A DNA stretch of 64,000 nucleotides, taken from assembly GCF_018977255.1 (NCBI RefSeq), contig NW_024704742.1, forward strand, positions 113,896,001 through 113,960,000. Reading direction: 5' to 3'. Source of the stretch: Callorhinchus milii. Its lineage: Eukaryota. Numbering within the stretch: the stretch's first letter is position 1; every line of letters starts with the position of its first letter. The notes under the pieces were generated by a model. The model was not told the origin of the DNA. It saw only the letters and a list, made by a program, of their open reading frames with translations, and searched no databases. Shown in pieces: positions 14,079-26,929 of this stretch. A program made the position numbers and the translations under genes.

Positions 14079-14153
14079 TTCAGCGCCTTTTCAGCGCCTT
14101 GGGACGTCCTTCCGACATGAAAAGCGCTTTACAAATGTAATTTTGTTGTTGTT
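14079..14153 (+). mobile_element. Hairpin-only L2 3'-end insertion with an 11-bp tandem duplication at its 5' end
   Basis: TTCAGCGCCTT twice (14079-14089, 14090-14100), then GGGACGTCCTTCCGACATGAAAAGCGC and (TTG)n. Confidence 0.85.
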
Positions 14154-14349
14154 ATATTGTTGTACATTACTGGTTTGTCTTTGAAGATGAGTCTGGCTCC
14201 AGAGCTAACTGGTGATATGTAATGACTGATTTTTCCAATTCCACATTTGGGAAGATTTGATTCAGAATCAAATCAGATTGTGCTGGAATGAGTGCTGAAA
14301 GAAAAGATGCCACACAGGAGGCAGTTGATCTCTAGCATACCTTGTTTAC

Positions 14350-14990
14350 TCATCTGCTTGTTCAGGTGGCTGTTAAAGATCCCATTGCACTAAACCAAAA
14401 GGAGAGTTTCTCCTGATGTCCAGGCCAACAATCCACCCCCTCCATTCCACCCCAAATAAAATTAGTAATTTACTTCATGCCTGTTTGTGGGACAATGTTG
14501 TGTGCAAATTTGCTGCAGCTTTTGCCAACAAAATACAATCACTACACTTTACAGCATAACCTTTGAAACGTCCTCCTAATGTAAAAGGTGCTCTATCAAA
14601 TGCAAGGATTATTATACTATTATTACTGAGGCCTTATAAAAAAACAATTTACAATACTAGCAAAAATCACCATTTTTATATAAAGTCTGTAATGTTACCT
14701 CAAAGAAAGCACTTTACGAAGTGACTGTATTTTATAGACATGTGATGGCAGTCTAGTAACACACTCTAATGTCTTATAAACAACCATGAAGTGAATAATC
14801 AATTTTATCAGAAGGATTGTTGGACACTGAGATAAACTACCTTTACTTTTTGAATTGTGCGAAGGATCTGTGGTTTAATGTCTCATTCAAAAGGATTTCT
14901 GACAATGCAGTGTTCCACAACACTGCACAAAGGCATGAGCTTAAACTTTGAGCAAAAATCCTGAAGTGGGATTTACCAAGAAAGGGAAAG
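14350..14990. mobile_element. Two older Deu-SINE copies in tail-to-tail orientation (14350-14625 +, ~14690-14990 -)
   Basis: Deu-body similarity on both strands. Confidence 0.7.
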
Positions 14991-15830
14991 TTCTTGAACT
15001 CTGCAATAAGGAGATGCCTCCTCTTTCACACCACATTTCTGGGTCCCAGATAAATAAATATAAGTGTTTTGTCAATTTTTGTTCAGTATTATGGTTTTGT
15101 TCAGTGTTGTTTACAGGAACAGAAGAAAGCCATTCAGCCCATCGAGCCTTTTCTGCCAGTTTATTAGTTCTTGATAGATTGTTTGCCATACCTCCTAATG
15201 CCTCAACTAGCTATCTCTTTTTCTAAATATCCTCTTCTATGTTAAAGCCAGAAGGGGCATCAAGCCTTACTACTCATTGCCTTAGAAATTTGGAAAATTC
15301 TTAAATTCTGACTTAATTTGGAGGCCAGTTTTCGATGCTTATTAAATCAGTCTGTCTTTGTTGCATCTTGTATTAGTTATTGGAAGTTCACTTCTTGTAG
15401 TAAGAAAATAATTGCATTATTAAAGGTGAATGGCACACTAAGTAGCTCTGGCCAGAGCTCCAGAGAAATTTGAAGTTGCCAGAAGGGAAGTGTCTGGTTT
15501 TGTCTTCATGCTAGGGTTAAAATCTTTAATAATTCTCTGCAAATCTGGAAATGCTAGGAGGCTTCAGTCTTGAAAAGAGATATCTCTTAGGCGACTGTAT
15601 ACAGGTATATAAGATACTAAATGGGATAACGCAAACAGAAAAATAGTTTCAGATATACCAAGGCAGCAGAACGAAAGGTGCAGGTCCAGAGTTCTGAGGC
15701 CCATGTCTGGTTGGTGAGTTAAAAAGGTAAGAAAAGTTTGGGGGATTTCGTCCTACTTTTGCCAGCTGGCTATTGTTTCCAGCTGGTAGGTGTTGCACTG
15801 AATGTGCTGTGAAGCTGCACTGAATAATAT

Positions 15831-16209
15831 TAATAATAATCCTTCCATTTGATATAGCGCCTAATCAGGTTTTCAAGACTTCTCAAGCGCTTCACAGAAT
15901 ATACTGTAAAGTGAATTGACTGTATATTTTGTGGGCGAAACACGGAAGCCAATTGTGCACAGCAGTGTCGAACAAACAGTCGTGGATGAGTGACCAAATT
16001 CTGATTTTTATTTATTTATTTTTTGAAGGGCTTATTACCCCCGGAAAGCAATTTGGCAATCAACTAACAACCTGGTTCCTACTTATTGCTAGGTAAACAG
16101 AGGTGTGTGGAATAAGGAAACTTGCCCAACATTTTGCCCTGCCCGGGAATCAAACCGAGGTCCTCTCACTTGCAAGGCAAGTGCTATAGCCACTGAGCTG
16201 CAGGACTTC
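15831..16209 (-). mobile_element. Composite SINE, long variant, full length
   Basis: tRNA head, CORE-like block, Deu 3' half and (TAA)n tail. Confidence 0.92.
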
Positions 16210-16666
16210 AACAATGATTATCAGGAGTTAATGGGATTTTATCTGAATGCGCTGTGGAGCTGTACTGAATGCACTGTGGTATGGAACTAATTGACCTATA
16301 ATTAAAAGGATGATGAGTTGCTGGATAAAAGTACATTCGCCATAAAAAATAAAAATCTTTGTGAATATACAGGAGGATGGAGGCAGAGGTAAGTCCCCTA
16401 TGAAACAGCAGCAGTGGTCAAAGATAGAATGCTTCAAAACTCCAGCTGCTTTGACGCTCTTAAAGGTGAATGTTGCACATGCATTTGGGTGCATAAATGT
16501 ACTAACAATTTTTGACACAGGCAAATGCTGGGTCCAGCGATTTTGATATAAATAATTGAAGGTTAACTTAATAGAGCAGTTGAATTAAGAAAGTGTTAAA
16601 CTGCTTTAAATCTGAGCAGAAACTATTTGACCAAAAAATAATTGAAACATCCTTATCTACATACAG

Positions 16667-16821
16667 CAGTGAACTCCTGATAACTCGGCACCTCAGTCAT
16701 AAGTTATTAGACATGGCAAGTTAGGCATATATATAAAATAAATGCGGTCGGGATATTGACAGAATGATGACTTAAGTAGTCGTGACAAGTTAAGCCAAGA
16801 TTGAGTTTGGGGAGTTTACTG
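16667..16821. mobile_element. Tigger/pogo-like MITE remnant
   Basis: Imperfect terminal inverted repeats CAGTGAACTCCTGATAACTC / GAGTTTGGGGAGTTTACTG, followed by TA. Confidence 0.55.
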
Positions 16822-18074
16822 TATTATTATTTTTAATAATAATAATAATCCTTGCATTTGACATAGCACCTTATCACATCTTAGATGGCTCAAAGCGCAT
16901 CACAGAATATGCTGTAAAGTGAATTGACTGTATATTTCATGGGTGAAATATTGTAAATTTATTGTACATTTACAGGTAATTTTCCATTGCTTTGGCAAAA
17001 ATAATAATTTTGTATTAGATTCTGCCTATCGCCCACCTTTAAGAGCCTAACATTATCTGGAGGTTACCTGCTTTGTAGAACACATCTGTGCCTTCTTGTT
17101 CACAGAGCATTGAGCAGTTAAGTAAATAAAGTGAGAAGCTTATTCTTTCCCCTGTCGGCTTGGCTGTCATTTGTTGTCCTCTTTCGTGCCTAACACAGGT
17201 GCGGAATTTATGAGGATGTGACTAAATTAGCGGAGAGCAGAAATACAGTTGAAATTACACATCTTGTTTTTCAGAGAACATTTCTCAGGGATTTTCACAA
17301 AAGACTCTTTGCTAAAATATGATCAAATGATCAAAGGAGAAATTGCAAGCTGAATAGAAATTTCTTGCGTTCTTACGAAAGCAGCGGGTGGTTCCAAGCG
17401 GCAATTATGAAGTGCGGAGTACCAATGTTCAATGGACCAATGTTCTTCCTCATTTCTTATCATTTGATGTTTTTCTACTCCTGAATCAAACAAGTTACAA
17501 ATTACAAACAGCTGGTTCGGCTTGGGAACATGAGGTCCTTTTTATAAAAGAAGGAAAGCGTCTTTCTGTTATGACCAAGTCCTTTTAAAGAAAATGATAT
17601 TTGGTAGCGAGCACTTCAAAAGTCGATCCTAATATCCTTAACACAAGAATTTCTTTGATGGCACATTAATGGTGAATTAGCTCTTGTCTGTTCTGAACCA
17701 CATTACTAAGTTCAATGGACTGGTGGAGTGGGGGCCTGTAGGGGGGAGTGGATGCCGATTAGGGGCTGATTAACAAGTAGAGTGAGGGCTGTTTATGTGG
17801 TGGAGGTAGGACGTTCAGTAATAAATTTAGTTCTGTCAGCATGACTCAGTTGGAAGCGTTCTCACCTCTGACATGCCTACACTGACACTCCAATGCAATG
17901 ATGGGGGAGTGCTACATTGTTGGAGATGCTGTTCTTCACGTGAGACATTAAACTGAGGCTCTGTCTCACTGTTAAAGATTCCACTCGATCTTTTCATTGG
18001 TTTTGAGATTCTGATGTGTGTTTCTGACATCTGCCTGGTTTCATTGATTTTGCTGCTTTGTTGCCCATTCAATT

Positions 18075-18720
18075 CAACAACAACTTACACTTATTAAGTG
18101 CTCTTCATGCGGTTAGCATCTCAGAGAGCCTAACAGTGACTTGGCTTGCGCTAAGCTGGGAAGATGACCGAAGGAGATGACCGAAGGCACGGTCAAAGAG
18201 CAAAGTCTTCAGGCATGATTCGAAATGGGGAGGGAGCAAGATAATAATAATAATCTTTGCATTTGATATAGTGCTTTATCATGCCTTCGAGACGTCTCAA
18301 AACCTTTCACAGAATATACTGTAAAGTGAATTAATTGTATATTTTGTGGGCGAAACGCGGCAGCCAATTGCACACAGCAGAGTCCCACAAATAGTTGTGG
18401 ATTGAAGGGCCAGTTTATTACTTTTTTGAAGGAATTATTACCCACGGAAAGGCGATGCGCCAATCGACTAACAATCGGCTTCCTACTTACTGCTAGATAA
18501 ACAGAGGCGTGTGGAGTAAGGAAACTTGCCCGACATTTTGCCCTACCGGGAATCGAACCCAGATCTCTTGATTGTGAAGCGAATACTCTAACCTCACCAG
18601 TGGAGGCATTGAGGCAAGGAGTTCTAGAGATTCTGGATGTACTGGCTGAAAGCATAGCCGCCAATTATGGAACAAAGGGGATGAGGGATGTGCAGCAGAC
18701 CTAAGCCAGCTGAGTGAAGG
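18075..18720 (-). mobile_element. Old L2 3' end interrupted by a long-variant composite SINE (18241-18593, -)
   Basis: L2 tail at ~18075-18240; L2 body resumes at ~18600; SINE diagnostics lie between. Confidence 0.85.
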
Positions 18721-20019
18721 CAGTGGGTACAGGAATGGGATGTGAACAGATTCATTTGGAATGGCAATTTGCTGACGAGTAGTTTGAGAGGAGTCCAAGC
18801 CTGAGCAGCTGGGGCTGGTCTGCCTGATGGCTGTGCAGAGTCTGCTGTACGGCCAGCTGCTACAGCTTTGTCAGCATGAAATTTATATAAAAATAATGCT
18901 CTGGTAAACACACCTAGAGACAGGGGCACAATACAATTATCACCTTCTTTACTGCCAAATCTTTTTTGCTCAGACGTGGTTCCGAGAAGCATATCAAATC
19001 TCTTTACCAAACATATACAGGTATGAACCAGGCTTTGCTCAGTTGAATAATTCATTTTTCCCCAAATGTACCATTTGTCATGAAGAAACTGTGGAACTAT
19101 AAACAGGAGAATATTTCTAGATTCTTAAATTAGCTTCAGTACATTTGGAGAGAGACAGCAGTAATTCTATTGATACTGCATCAATTTTGTATTCAATACA
19201 CGATAACGTCTAAATCCAAATGTATTTAGTGAAGGTAAGTTCCCAAAAGATATCCAACATTAAAATCACACAGATATTGTGTTACATTAGCAATGTTGCC
19301 TGCAGCAGAAAAGGCCAAAACACCACTGCAGCTGCAGTAAATAAAGATGGTTAAATCTATCTTCAACTGCTTTAGCTTTCCACTGCCTCCCTAGCTTCAA
19401 AACCTTCCCAAATAATTATCTCTTTGACTCTGCCTTGGTTCAACATCCGCAATCCACCCACTCGTGATCCACATTGTCTTTGAACATTGCACTTTGAGAT
19501 GTTATCTTTATATGAAAGGTGCTATTTAAGTCTCTGTTGTTTTTGCAGATACTGCTAGCCTTGGAATTCTGTTCATTACAGCATAGTGTCTACCACCCAG
19601 AGCATTACAGCTGGGGACATTGAGCTTGTCTGTGGATGGATGCAGGCATTCAATAATGGAGAAGCAAATTATGGGATCAGCCTGGCTCAGACCCTTGTGA
19701 GTTCAAGCCCAATGTCAGAACCACAGTCTAGGCTGACATGCTAATACAGTGTTGGGGCAAAGTATTTCTTTACCCAGACAGTAATTAATGATTATATCAG
19801 GTTAATAGAAAGGGTGGTTGAGGCCAGGACACTGGACTCATTTTAAAAAACAGCTTGATGCAGTGATGGCAGGATGGTACGGGATAGGTTTTGCATATAT
19901 CCTGTGCAGTACATTGTCCTGCTGATGTGAAAGGTGCTATATCAAATGAAAGGATTATTATTATTTTAAATGGGCTAAAGGCCCTTCTTCATCCACACCA
20001 ATATTGTGATCTTATGAAG

Positions 20020-20415
20020 TAACGTCCTTAAAATGAGACATTAAACTGAGGACCCTTCTGCCTGTTCAGGTGAACATTAAAGATCCCATGGCAATATTCA
20101 AAAAGAGAAGGGAGTTTCTACTCGTCCTCCTCAATCCCCAGCTCGGGTCCGAAACTCTGTCTGCTCAGTGACTTGGGACGCCCTCCCGACGTGAATGGTG
20201 CTATACAAATGTAATTTTGTTATTGTTGTTGCTGCCCTATCCAACATTCCCCCAGATAAAATTGGCCATTTATTTCATTGCTATTTATGGGCCCTACTGT
20301 GTGCAAATTGACTCCGTGCGAGTACACAGTCACGATACTTTAAAGTAAATTCTATGAGGCACTTTGAGACATTCAATGATGCGATAAGGTCCTAAATGCA
20401 AGGATTATTATTATT
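20020..20415 (+). mobile_element. Deu-SINE interrupted by a short L2 3' end (~20120-20231)
   Basis: Deu body split by ccccagctcgggtcc...gggacgccctcccgacgtg...(TTG)n. Confidence 0.8.
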
Positions 20416-20884
20416 ACTGTGTACCTTGTTCACTTTTGGGTAACAGGGATTATCTGTGCTGCATATTTCCTCAGGAGATAGAGAAAGTGTGTGGAGTCCA
20501 CATCAGAGAAGGCTTTGATGGTGTTTACTTATTCCTTACTTTCATATCTAAAGATGATGATAAAATGACTTGTTAGAAACTTGCATGTTGAGCGTGTAGC
20601 ATTCTTTTGTGTAAATGTGGTTCACAGTATGTATTAATATTGGTTCTGTTCCTTTTTATGGGAATGTAGCAGATGTTATTGGACACTATCCCATCGGGTT
20701 TAGCTTTCTTTTGTAATTAAACCACTGTTATTTTCAGTATTCTGTGCGGACATGTGATAGTGCATTCGCTTTACATTATGTTCAAAAAACAAGTGAATGC
20801 CATCTAAATAATTTGACTGATGAATAGTCTGCAGAACATTTTTCCAACTCAGCTGCTAAATTGCCCTATGACTTCTTATTTGTT

Positions 20885-21253
20885 ATAATAATCCTTGCAT
20901 TTGTTATAGCACTTTTCATGTCTTCTAGAGGTCTCAAAGTGCTTCACAGAATATACTGTAAAGTGAGTTGACTATATTTGTGGGTGAAACGCGGCAGCTA
21001 ATTACTCACAGCAGTTTCCCACAAACAGTTGTGGATTGAGTGACCAAATTATTATTGTTTTTTTTCTTGAGGGATTATTATCCCTGGAAAAGCGATCCGC
21101 CAATCGACTAACAGCCAGGTTCCTACTTACTGCTGGGTAAACAGAGGCTTGTTGGAGTAAGGAAACTTGCCCAACATTTTGCTCTGCCCAGGAATTGAAC
21201 CCAGTTCTCTCACTTGCGAGGTGAGTGCTCTAACCACTGAGCTACAGGGCTCC
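20885..21253 (-). mobile_element. Composite SINE, long variant, full length
   Basis: A box TAGCTCAGTGG, anticodon arm CTCAC-CTCGCAA-GTGAG, B box GGTTCAATTCC, the ~62-bp block and tail. Confidence 0.95.
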
Positions 21254-21774
21254 AGTGTTAGGATATTTATTCACTGGAGTCTGATATGCAGCCATTTCTA
21301 ATTCTTTCTCTTTATAAGGAAACCGCAAGAGTCTCACTCCAGCTTAATGGAAATCTACTCTGATACAATCTATGGTTGGAGAAGAGGTTCATGCAGTAAA
21401 ACTCACTTGAATTCTTTATGAAGGAATCCAGTTAGAAATCAACAACAAAAATATGGTGACCTTGATGTAGAATAACGTCTCAGAACTCTTCACAAAGTCA
21501 ATCACCGCATGGGAAACTGTCGCTTTACGTGGCTATTTCATACATGCACTCAAAGTAATCCAAAATTGGTCACGCCTAGGTTCAGGACACATCCATGTAC
21601 CATTTCAAGGTTTTTGTAATGCAGAATAAATTACAGCCTTATTACTCACTCCAAAATGTTTACAATTATTGTGATTCCAGCAGTGTTCCATCAGAAAATA
21701 TATGATTCCTTTTTTTCCAAGTTTGAAGTGTATTGTACTCCAGCCTGTGTTGATATCTATTGATATAAATGAGT

Positions 21775-22150
21775 TTCTCTTGGTGTCCTGGCCAACAGTC
21801 CACAAAAACAAAATTAAAACAAAATTGGTCAATCACTCCATGGCTGTTTGTGGGATACAGCTATGTGCAAGTGGCTGCCATTTCACATTTCACCCACAAA
21901 ATACAGTCAATCCATTTATTGAATATCCTGTGAAGCATTTTGAGCCTTCTCGTCGATGTGATAAGGCACTATATCAAATAGAAAGATTATTGTATTATTA
22001 TATTGATTGTTCCTTTGTTACTGCTGTAAATATTACTGTACTCAGCCAATTTGTGTACAGCAATGTCCCATAACAGCAATGAGGTGAATGATCAACTGCA
22101 GGATAGTTGGCTAGGACACAGGGAGAAACTCCCTTCTCTTTTTGAATAAT
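21775..22150. mobile_element. Two partial Deu-SINEs tail-to-tail (+ then -)
   Basis: Deu 3' half on + to ~22000, then on - from ~22020. Confidence 0.7.
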
Positions 22151-23659
22151 GTCATAATAACTATGAAATACACCAAAAGCAATAAAAAATTGTCATGATA
22201 TCCAGTGCCTCTTTTTCAAGGTAATCTAAAGTAAATGGTCACTGAGAGGCAGAAATAGATTTTGCAACACATAATTAGTTAACCAACTGCACATCCTAAA
22301 GTCACAAAGTTAACTACTAACACAGTGACAACCTAATCAAAACAAAGATGTGAGTATTCCAAGAACAAAGCTCATTAAAGCAACTTAAACATTATAGGAT
22401 GTGTGATAAGGTTGTCAAGTGGATAACAATGTGATGATATTATAACAGGTCGAAACAGGAAACAAACTAAATAATATAGTCAGCTAATCCCCCTGGTATT
22501 TTAACCACATCTGGGAACACTTGATTCAGTTTATATGAATTTTGTTGAGCTTTTTCTCTTGCAATTACTGTATAAGGATTCGTAAGAATCAGGGAACTGC
22601 TAAGAGTTAACCGAAGCAGGAAGCTGGGAATGAATGAATGAATTGAATGAATGGTGGTCTGATTCGGCTGTTGTCTTTCATTCTCATTGCAACAAATTTA
22701 AAAGGTTAAGTAAGTAATGAAAGTGTTTACTGCTGTTCCCACTCTCTCTAGGGTACTTCCTGGAGTGAAGTATTTTAACAAGCAATATACAATAACATAA
22801 AAACATAATGTGGTGTTTTGAAGAACCTGTGTATTTTCCTTGATTACACAGAATATGTTTTAAATTGCATACTGAAGGTTAACTGGCCATCAACATCATT
22901 ATTAAATGTCAAGCTCAGCGTTTTTTCTGCACCATACTGTCTTTCAATTAAGTGAAAAGCATAAATACCATCAATTATTTTGTTTAGTTTTCTGACTGGG
23001 ATTGGACAGATCATATATAAAAAAAAGTTTCAATGATTCAGAATAGAATCAGGAGAATGCAAATTAATAAGTGGGGGATCATGATAGAATATGCACCATG
23101 TGTGTAACCCATGCATGTATTACACATGTGTTTAATTATGTAATGCTTTTCATTGGTGGTTAATTACATAATTGAGGCCATGTGAAATTCTCTCTGTACA
23201 CATGGTTTGCATATGCCACCAGCAGACATTTGCACATGCCTGCTAATCCTGCAAACCAAAGCCCTAACTGGTAGGGTGGTCCTAGCTGGACAAGCAACAG
23301 GAAGATTGCCAGACAGTGCTCTCAATGGCAAATGATACAGTTTTAGCTGGTTAGACTCCAGAAGTATCCCTGAAATCCCTCATTCCACACTCTGGGATCC
23401 CCAAGCCCCAGTTCTTACCAACCTCACTTAATACTCTTTGGAATTAAGTAAAGAGAGTGCCGTACTCCAGGAAGAGTATACATTCCATTCCAAACACAAG
23501 GAAATTGTGTAGATAGCATACATATGTGAAACTCTGTCTAGTTTGTATACTCTTAACTATGGTGATATATTTCTGCATGTGGCAAACACTTGGCTGACCA
23601 ATAAAATGTGCACATGGATCAGGTATGGTGCATGAGTACATGGAATAAAGTGAAGACCC

Positions 23660-24630
23660 CCAAAAGTTATTGATTTCTTTAAGATGTGCAAACAAAAAGC
23701 AGCAATGAGGGCATTGGAATAGTCCAACTGAGAAGTGATGAAGGCATGAACGAGGGTTTTGGCTGCTTTTGTTATGAAGCACGGACGGAGGCAGGCAATT
23801 TGACAGAGGTGGAAAAAAGTGGTCCTGGTCAGGGAATTGATAATAATAATAATAATAATAATAATCCTTGCATTTGATATAGCTCTTTTCACGTCGGGAG
23901 GACGTCCCAAAGCGCTTCACAGAACACACTGTAAAGTGAATTGACTATATTTGTGGGCGAACGCGGCAGCCAATTGCGCACAGCAATGTCCCACAAACAG
24001 TCGTAGATTGAAAATGACCAATTTAATTTATTGTTTTTAGTTTTGGAGGGATTATTATTAGGCGTGTGGAGTAAGGAAACTTGCCCAAGGTTTCGCCCTC
24101 TGCCTGGAATTGAACTCAGGTCTCTCACTTGCAAAGCGAGTGCTCTAACCACTGAGCTACAGGACTCCACATGTCGGGTAGAAAGGAAAGCTGGGATCAA
24201 ACCTGAGTTGTGCAAGGGTTCTGTGAGTCTGAGGGAGATCCCGGGAGGTTGAGGAGTTCAGACCCGCAGGAGAGAAGATGTTGACGGGAGCCAATGAGGG
24301 TATGGCTTCTGTTTCACCGATATTCAGCCTCAGGAAATTTGCGCTCATCCAGGCCTTGATGTCAGTCAAACAAGCTGACAGGTCATCAGCAGACTTGGAG
24401 TTGCAGCTAGAGGAGGAGAAATAGATTTGTGTGTCATCCGTATACATGTGGAAGTTGACATCATATCTGTGGATGACATTGCCGAGAGGGAATGTGTAGA
24501 TAAGGAAAAGAAGGGGGCCAAGGATGGAGCCTTGGGGTACCCCACAGGTGACCAGACGGGGGCTGGAGGAGAAACCGTTTGTTGAGATGTATTGTTGATG
24601 GTTAGTCAAGTAGGCCTCGAATCATGCGAG
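23660..24630 (-). mobile_element. L2 RT fragment interrupted by a young SINE
   Basis: GVPQGSILGPLLFLIY and FHMYTDDTQIY on one side; LVHAFITSQLDYSNAL on the other. Confidence 0.92.
23840..24168 (-). mobile_element. Young composite SINE, short variant (CTCCC loop), full length
   Basis: Near-identical to the copies at 55070 and 55895; long pure (TAA)n tail. Confidence 0.97.
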
Positions 24631-24989
24631 GGTAGAGATTTATTTTTCTGATTGAAATTACATTACAAATCAAATCTGTCATATGTTGCAGATCAATTAG
24701 AAGCACACTTGTGCTATGAAAATCAACCAATACTGTACTGTGAGATGATGACATTAATTCTCTGCCGTTACAGCCATTAATATATGAATCATTATTATTC
24801 CTCACTCTGCAAAATGAGGATATCAGTAAATCTGAGTTCAGTGATTATATTGTAAAACAGTAGAGTATCTCAAAGGATTACCAAGTTAAATCTTAAACAA
24901 TCTCTTACCCATTCTATTATAATAGTGAGTCTGAAATCACTGTGTCCACCACTCAATTGCTGGCAATTCTGACAAAAACAACTTAGCTT

Positions 24990-25655
24990 AAAATGATATT
25001 ATAGTGCAATGCTGGGAGATTGCTATATTAATGGAGGCACCATCCTTTGGATGAGATATTAAACCAAGGACCCATCTGCCTTTTCAGGTAGACATTAAAG
25101 ATGTTAAACATCCAATGGCACTATTTGAAAGAGAAGGAATCTTCTCCTGGTGTACTGGTCATCAATCCCTAGCAGTCATTCGGTTCATGGTTGAAGTGGG
25201 ACATTGCTGTGTGCGTTTGCCTACAATATTGTATATATATATATAATAATACTTGCATGTGGTATTGTGCCTTTCACTTCAGACAGATGTCACAAAACGC
25301 TGCACAGAATTTTTTTGTAAAGTGTGTTTTTGTAAAGAATGACTGTGTGTTTTGGGGTAACCACTGCAGCCAAGCAATGTTGTGTACAGCTGTGAAACGA
25401 ATGACCAATTTTATTTGGAGGAGTGTTGGCCACGATACTTGGAGAAACTCCAATCCCTTTTCAAAAGTTCTATGGGATTCTAACATCCACCTAAACAGCA
25501 GATGGGGCCTTGGATTAATGTCTTATGCGAAGGACGGCACCTCCAACAATTCAGCACAACCCCAGCACTGCATTGGAATGTCAGTTTGGACTATACAAAT
25601 TGAAATTCCCAACAAGGCGTTTGAACCCACAATTCTCTGACTCAGAGGCAAGATT
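24990..25655. mobile_element. Two Deu-SINEs tail-to-tail (24990-25230 +, 25245-25655 -)
   Basis: Deu-body similarity on both strands. Confidence 0.8.
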
Positions 25656-26350
25656 TACTGTCTAGTTGCTTATCTATGATGATATCTAGTTTATTACAGA
25701 TTACTGTTCTATCTGTATGCACTTGTGAATCCCAGATTATTGTCATGCTTCCTTTTGATGGTTGATTTTCGTACCAGTTGGTCATTACATCAATATCAAA
25801 GTGTTTACAAATTGTCCAGTGAATATATTTACCTACACTGTTATATCAATTCAGGTGCTCCGATGGCACCTGGGCTGGACATGATGACAATGTGGTTTCT
25901 GATGCTTGATGGCATATTACAGATCAATGTTTTCCTTCAAAATCTCACTGTTATTATAACGGATGGTAGTAGCTTGATCTAGTGCTGATGTTATGAAAGC
26001 TTCTGTTTCAGCTCTCAGATGGCTGTTGGTCAAATAGTTATAGCTTTGGTTTATAACTAGACCCTGTTCTTTCATTTCTATGGAAACTAGCCATGCATGA
26101 CTTTCTTTTCCTATTTGTCTTTCCCGCGGGATATCATTTTCTTTTCAAGGACAATTTTCATTCCATGTGCCATTTTTGTTGGTTCAGTCAAGTTACTTTC
26201 TATTTCTCTTTGATGGATGTCATATTCTTGCTTGATTGTCATATTCTTGATTGCTTCTTTAGTGATGGAAAATGTATTTTTCTGTTTTTCATGCTTTTCT
26301 GTCACTCTGATATTGTCATTGCGGTTTGTCCTGAAGTATTCAGCTAATCC
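25655..26350 (-). mobile_element. Fossil R4/Dong-clade non-LTR retrotransposon fragment (post-RT region, zinc knuckle, restriction-like endonuclease start)
   Basis: Manual translation across stops and frameshifts gives *EKKVMHG*F...YLTNSHLRAETEAFITSALDQA...CHQASET..LSSCP...YNSVGKYIHWTICKHF...NWYENQP...TIIWDSQVHTDRTVICNKLDIIIDK. Confidence 0.8.
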
Positions 26351-26929
26351 TACAATTGTATTATTATTATTATAGTAACACACACCACATCTAGTAACCA
26401 CCACTAAAGTAACTCTTTAATAGCTATATGGACAGCTATAATTTCTTGTGATAGACTGATCAATTATCCAGCAATCTTGTAGCCTGAATTGGGTTTTAGG
26501 ACTCACAACTATTGGTGACCATTCCGTTATACTGAAAGGAATATTAAATTCTGTGAACCATAGATATTAAGCAATAACAAGAAAAATAACACTTGATAAA
26601 CATTGATAAAGCTCATATTTTAGCTATATTCATATTTCTGCTGTGTATTAAATTCTGTATTTTTACAGGCAATGATATGGGACTGCTTATATTAAGAAAG
26701 ATCACTTCAATTCGTTCTAGCTTTTCACAATAACTTCTAAATGTTTATATATAGAGAGAATAAAATCAATGAGGTAAAATCAATGTGCTGTAAATTATCA
26801 GCAAATGAAACTCAGAGAAGACATACGAGGTCTCAATTCTACTGAACAACAGAATACAAGTAACGAATCATGGAATCCACTGCAGGTGGACAGCGTGTGA
26901 AAGAGAATTGTAGGTCAGTGATTTTTCTA

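Noticed and set aside
17275..17353. Acceptor tttttcag followed by short frames (EHFSGIFTKDSLLKYDQMIKGEIAS*)
   Set aside because: No homolog and no linking exons; expected by chance in 64 kb.
24746..24835. C/D-box snoRNA-like ATGATGA...CTGA spacing
   Set aside because: Weak terminal stem and no recognisable rRNA or snRNA antisense element.
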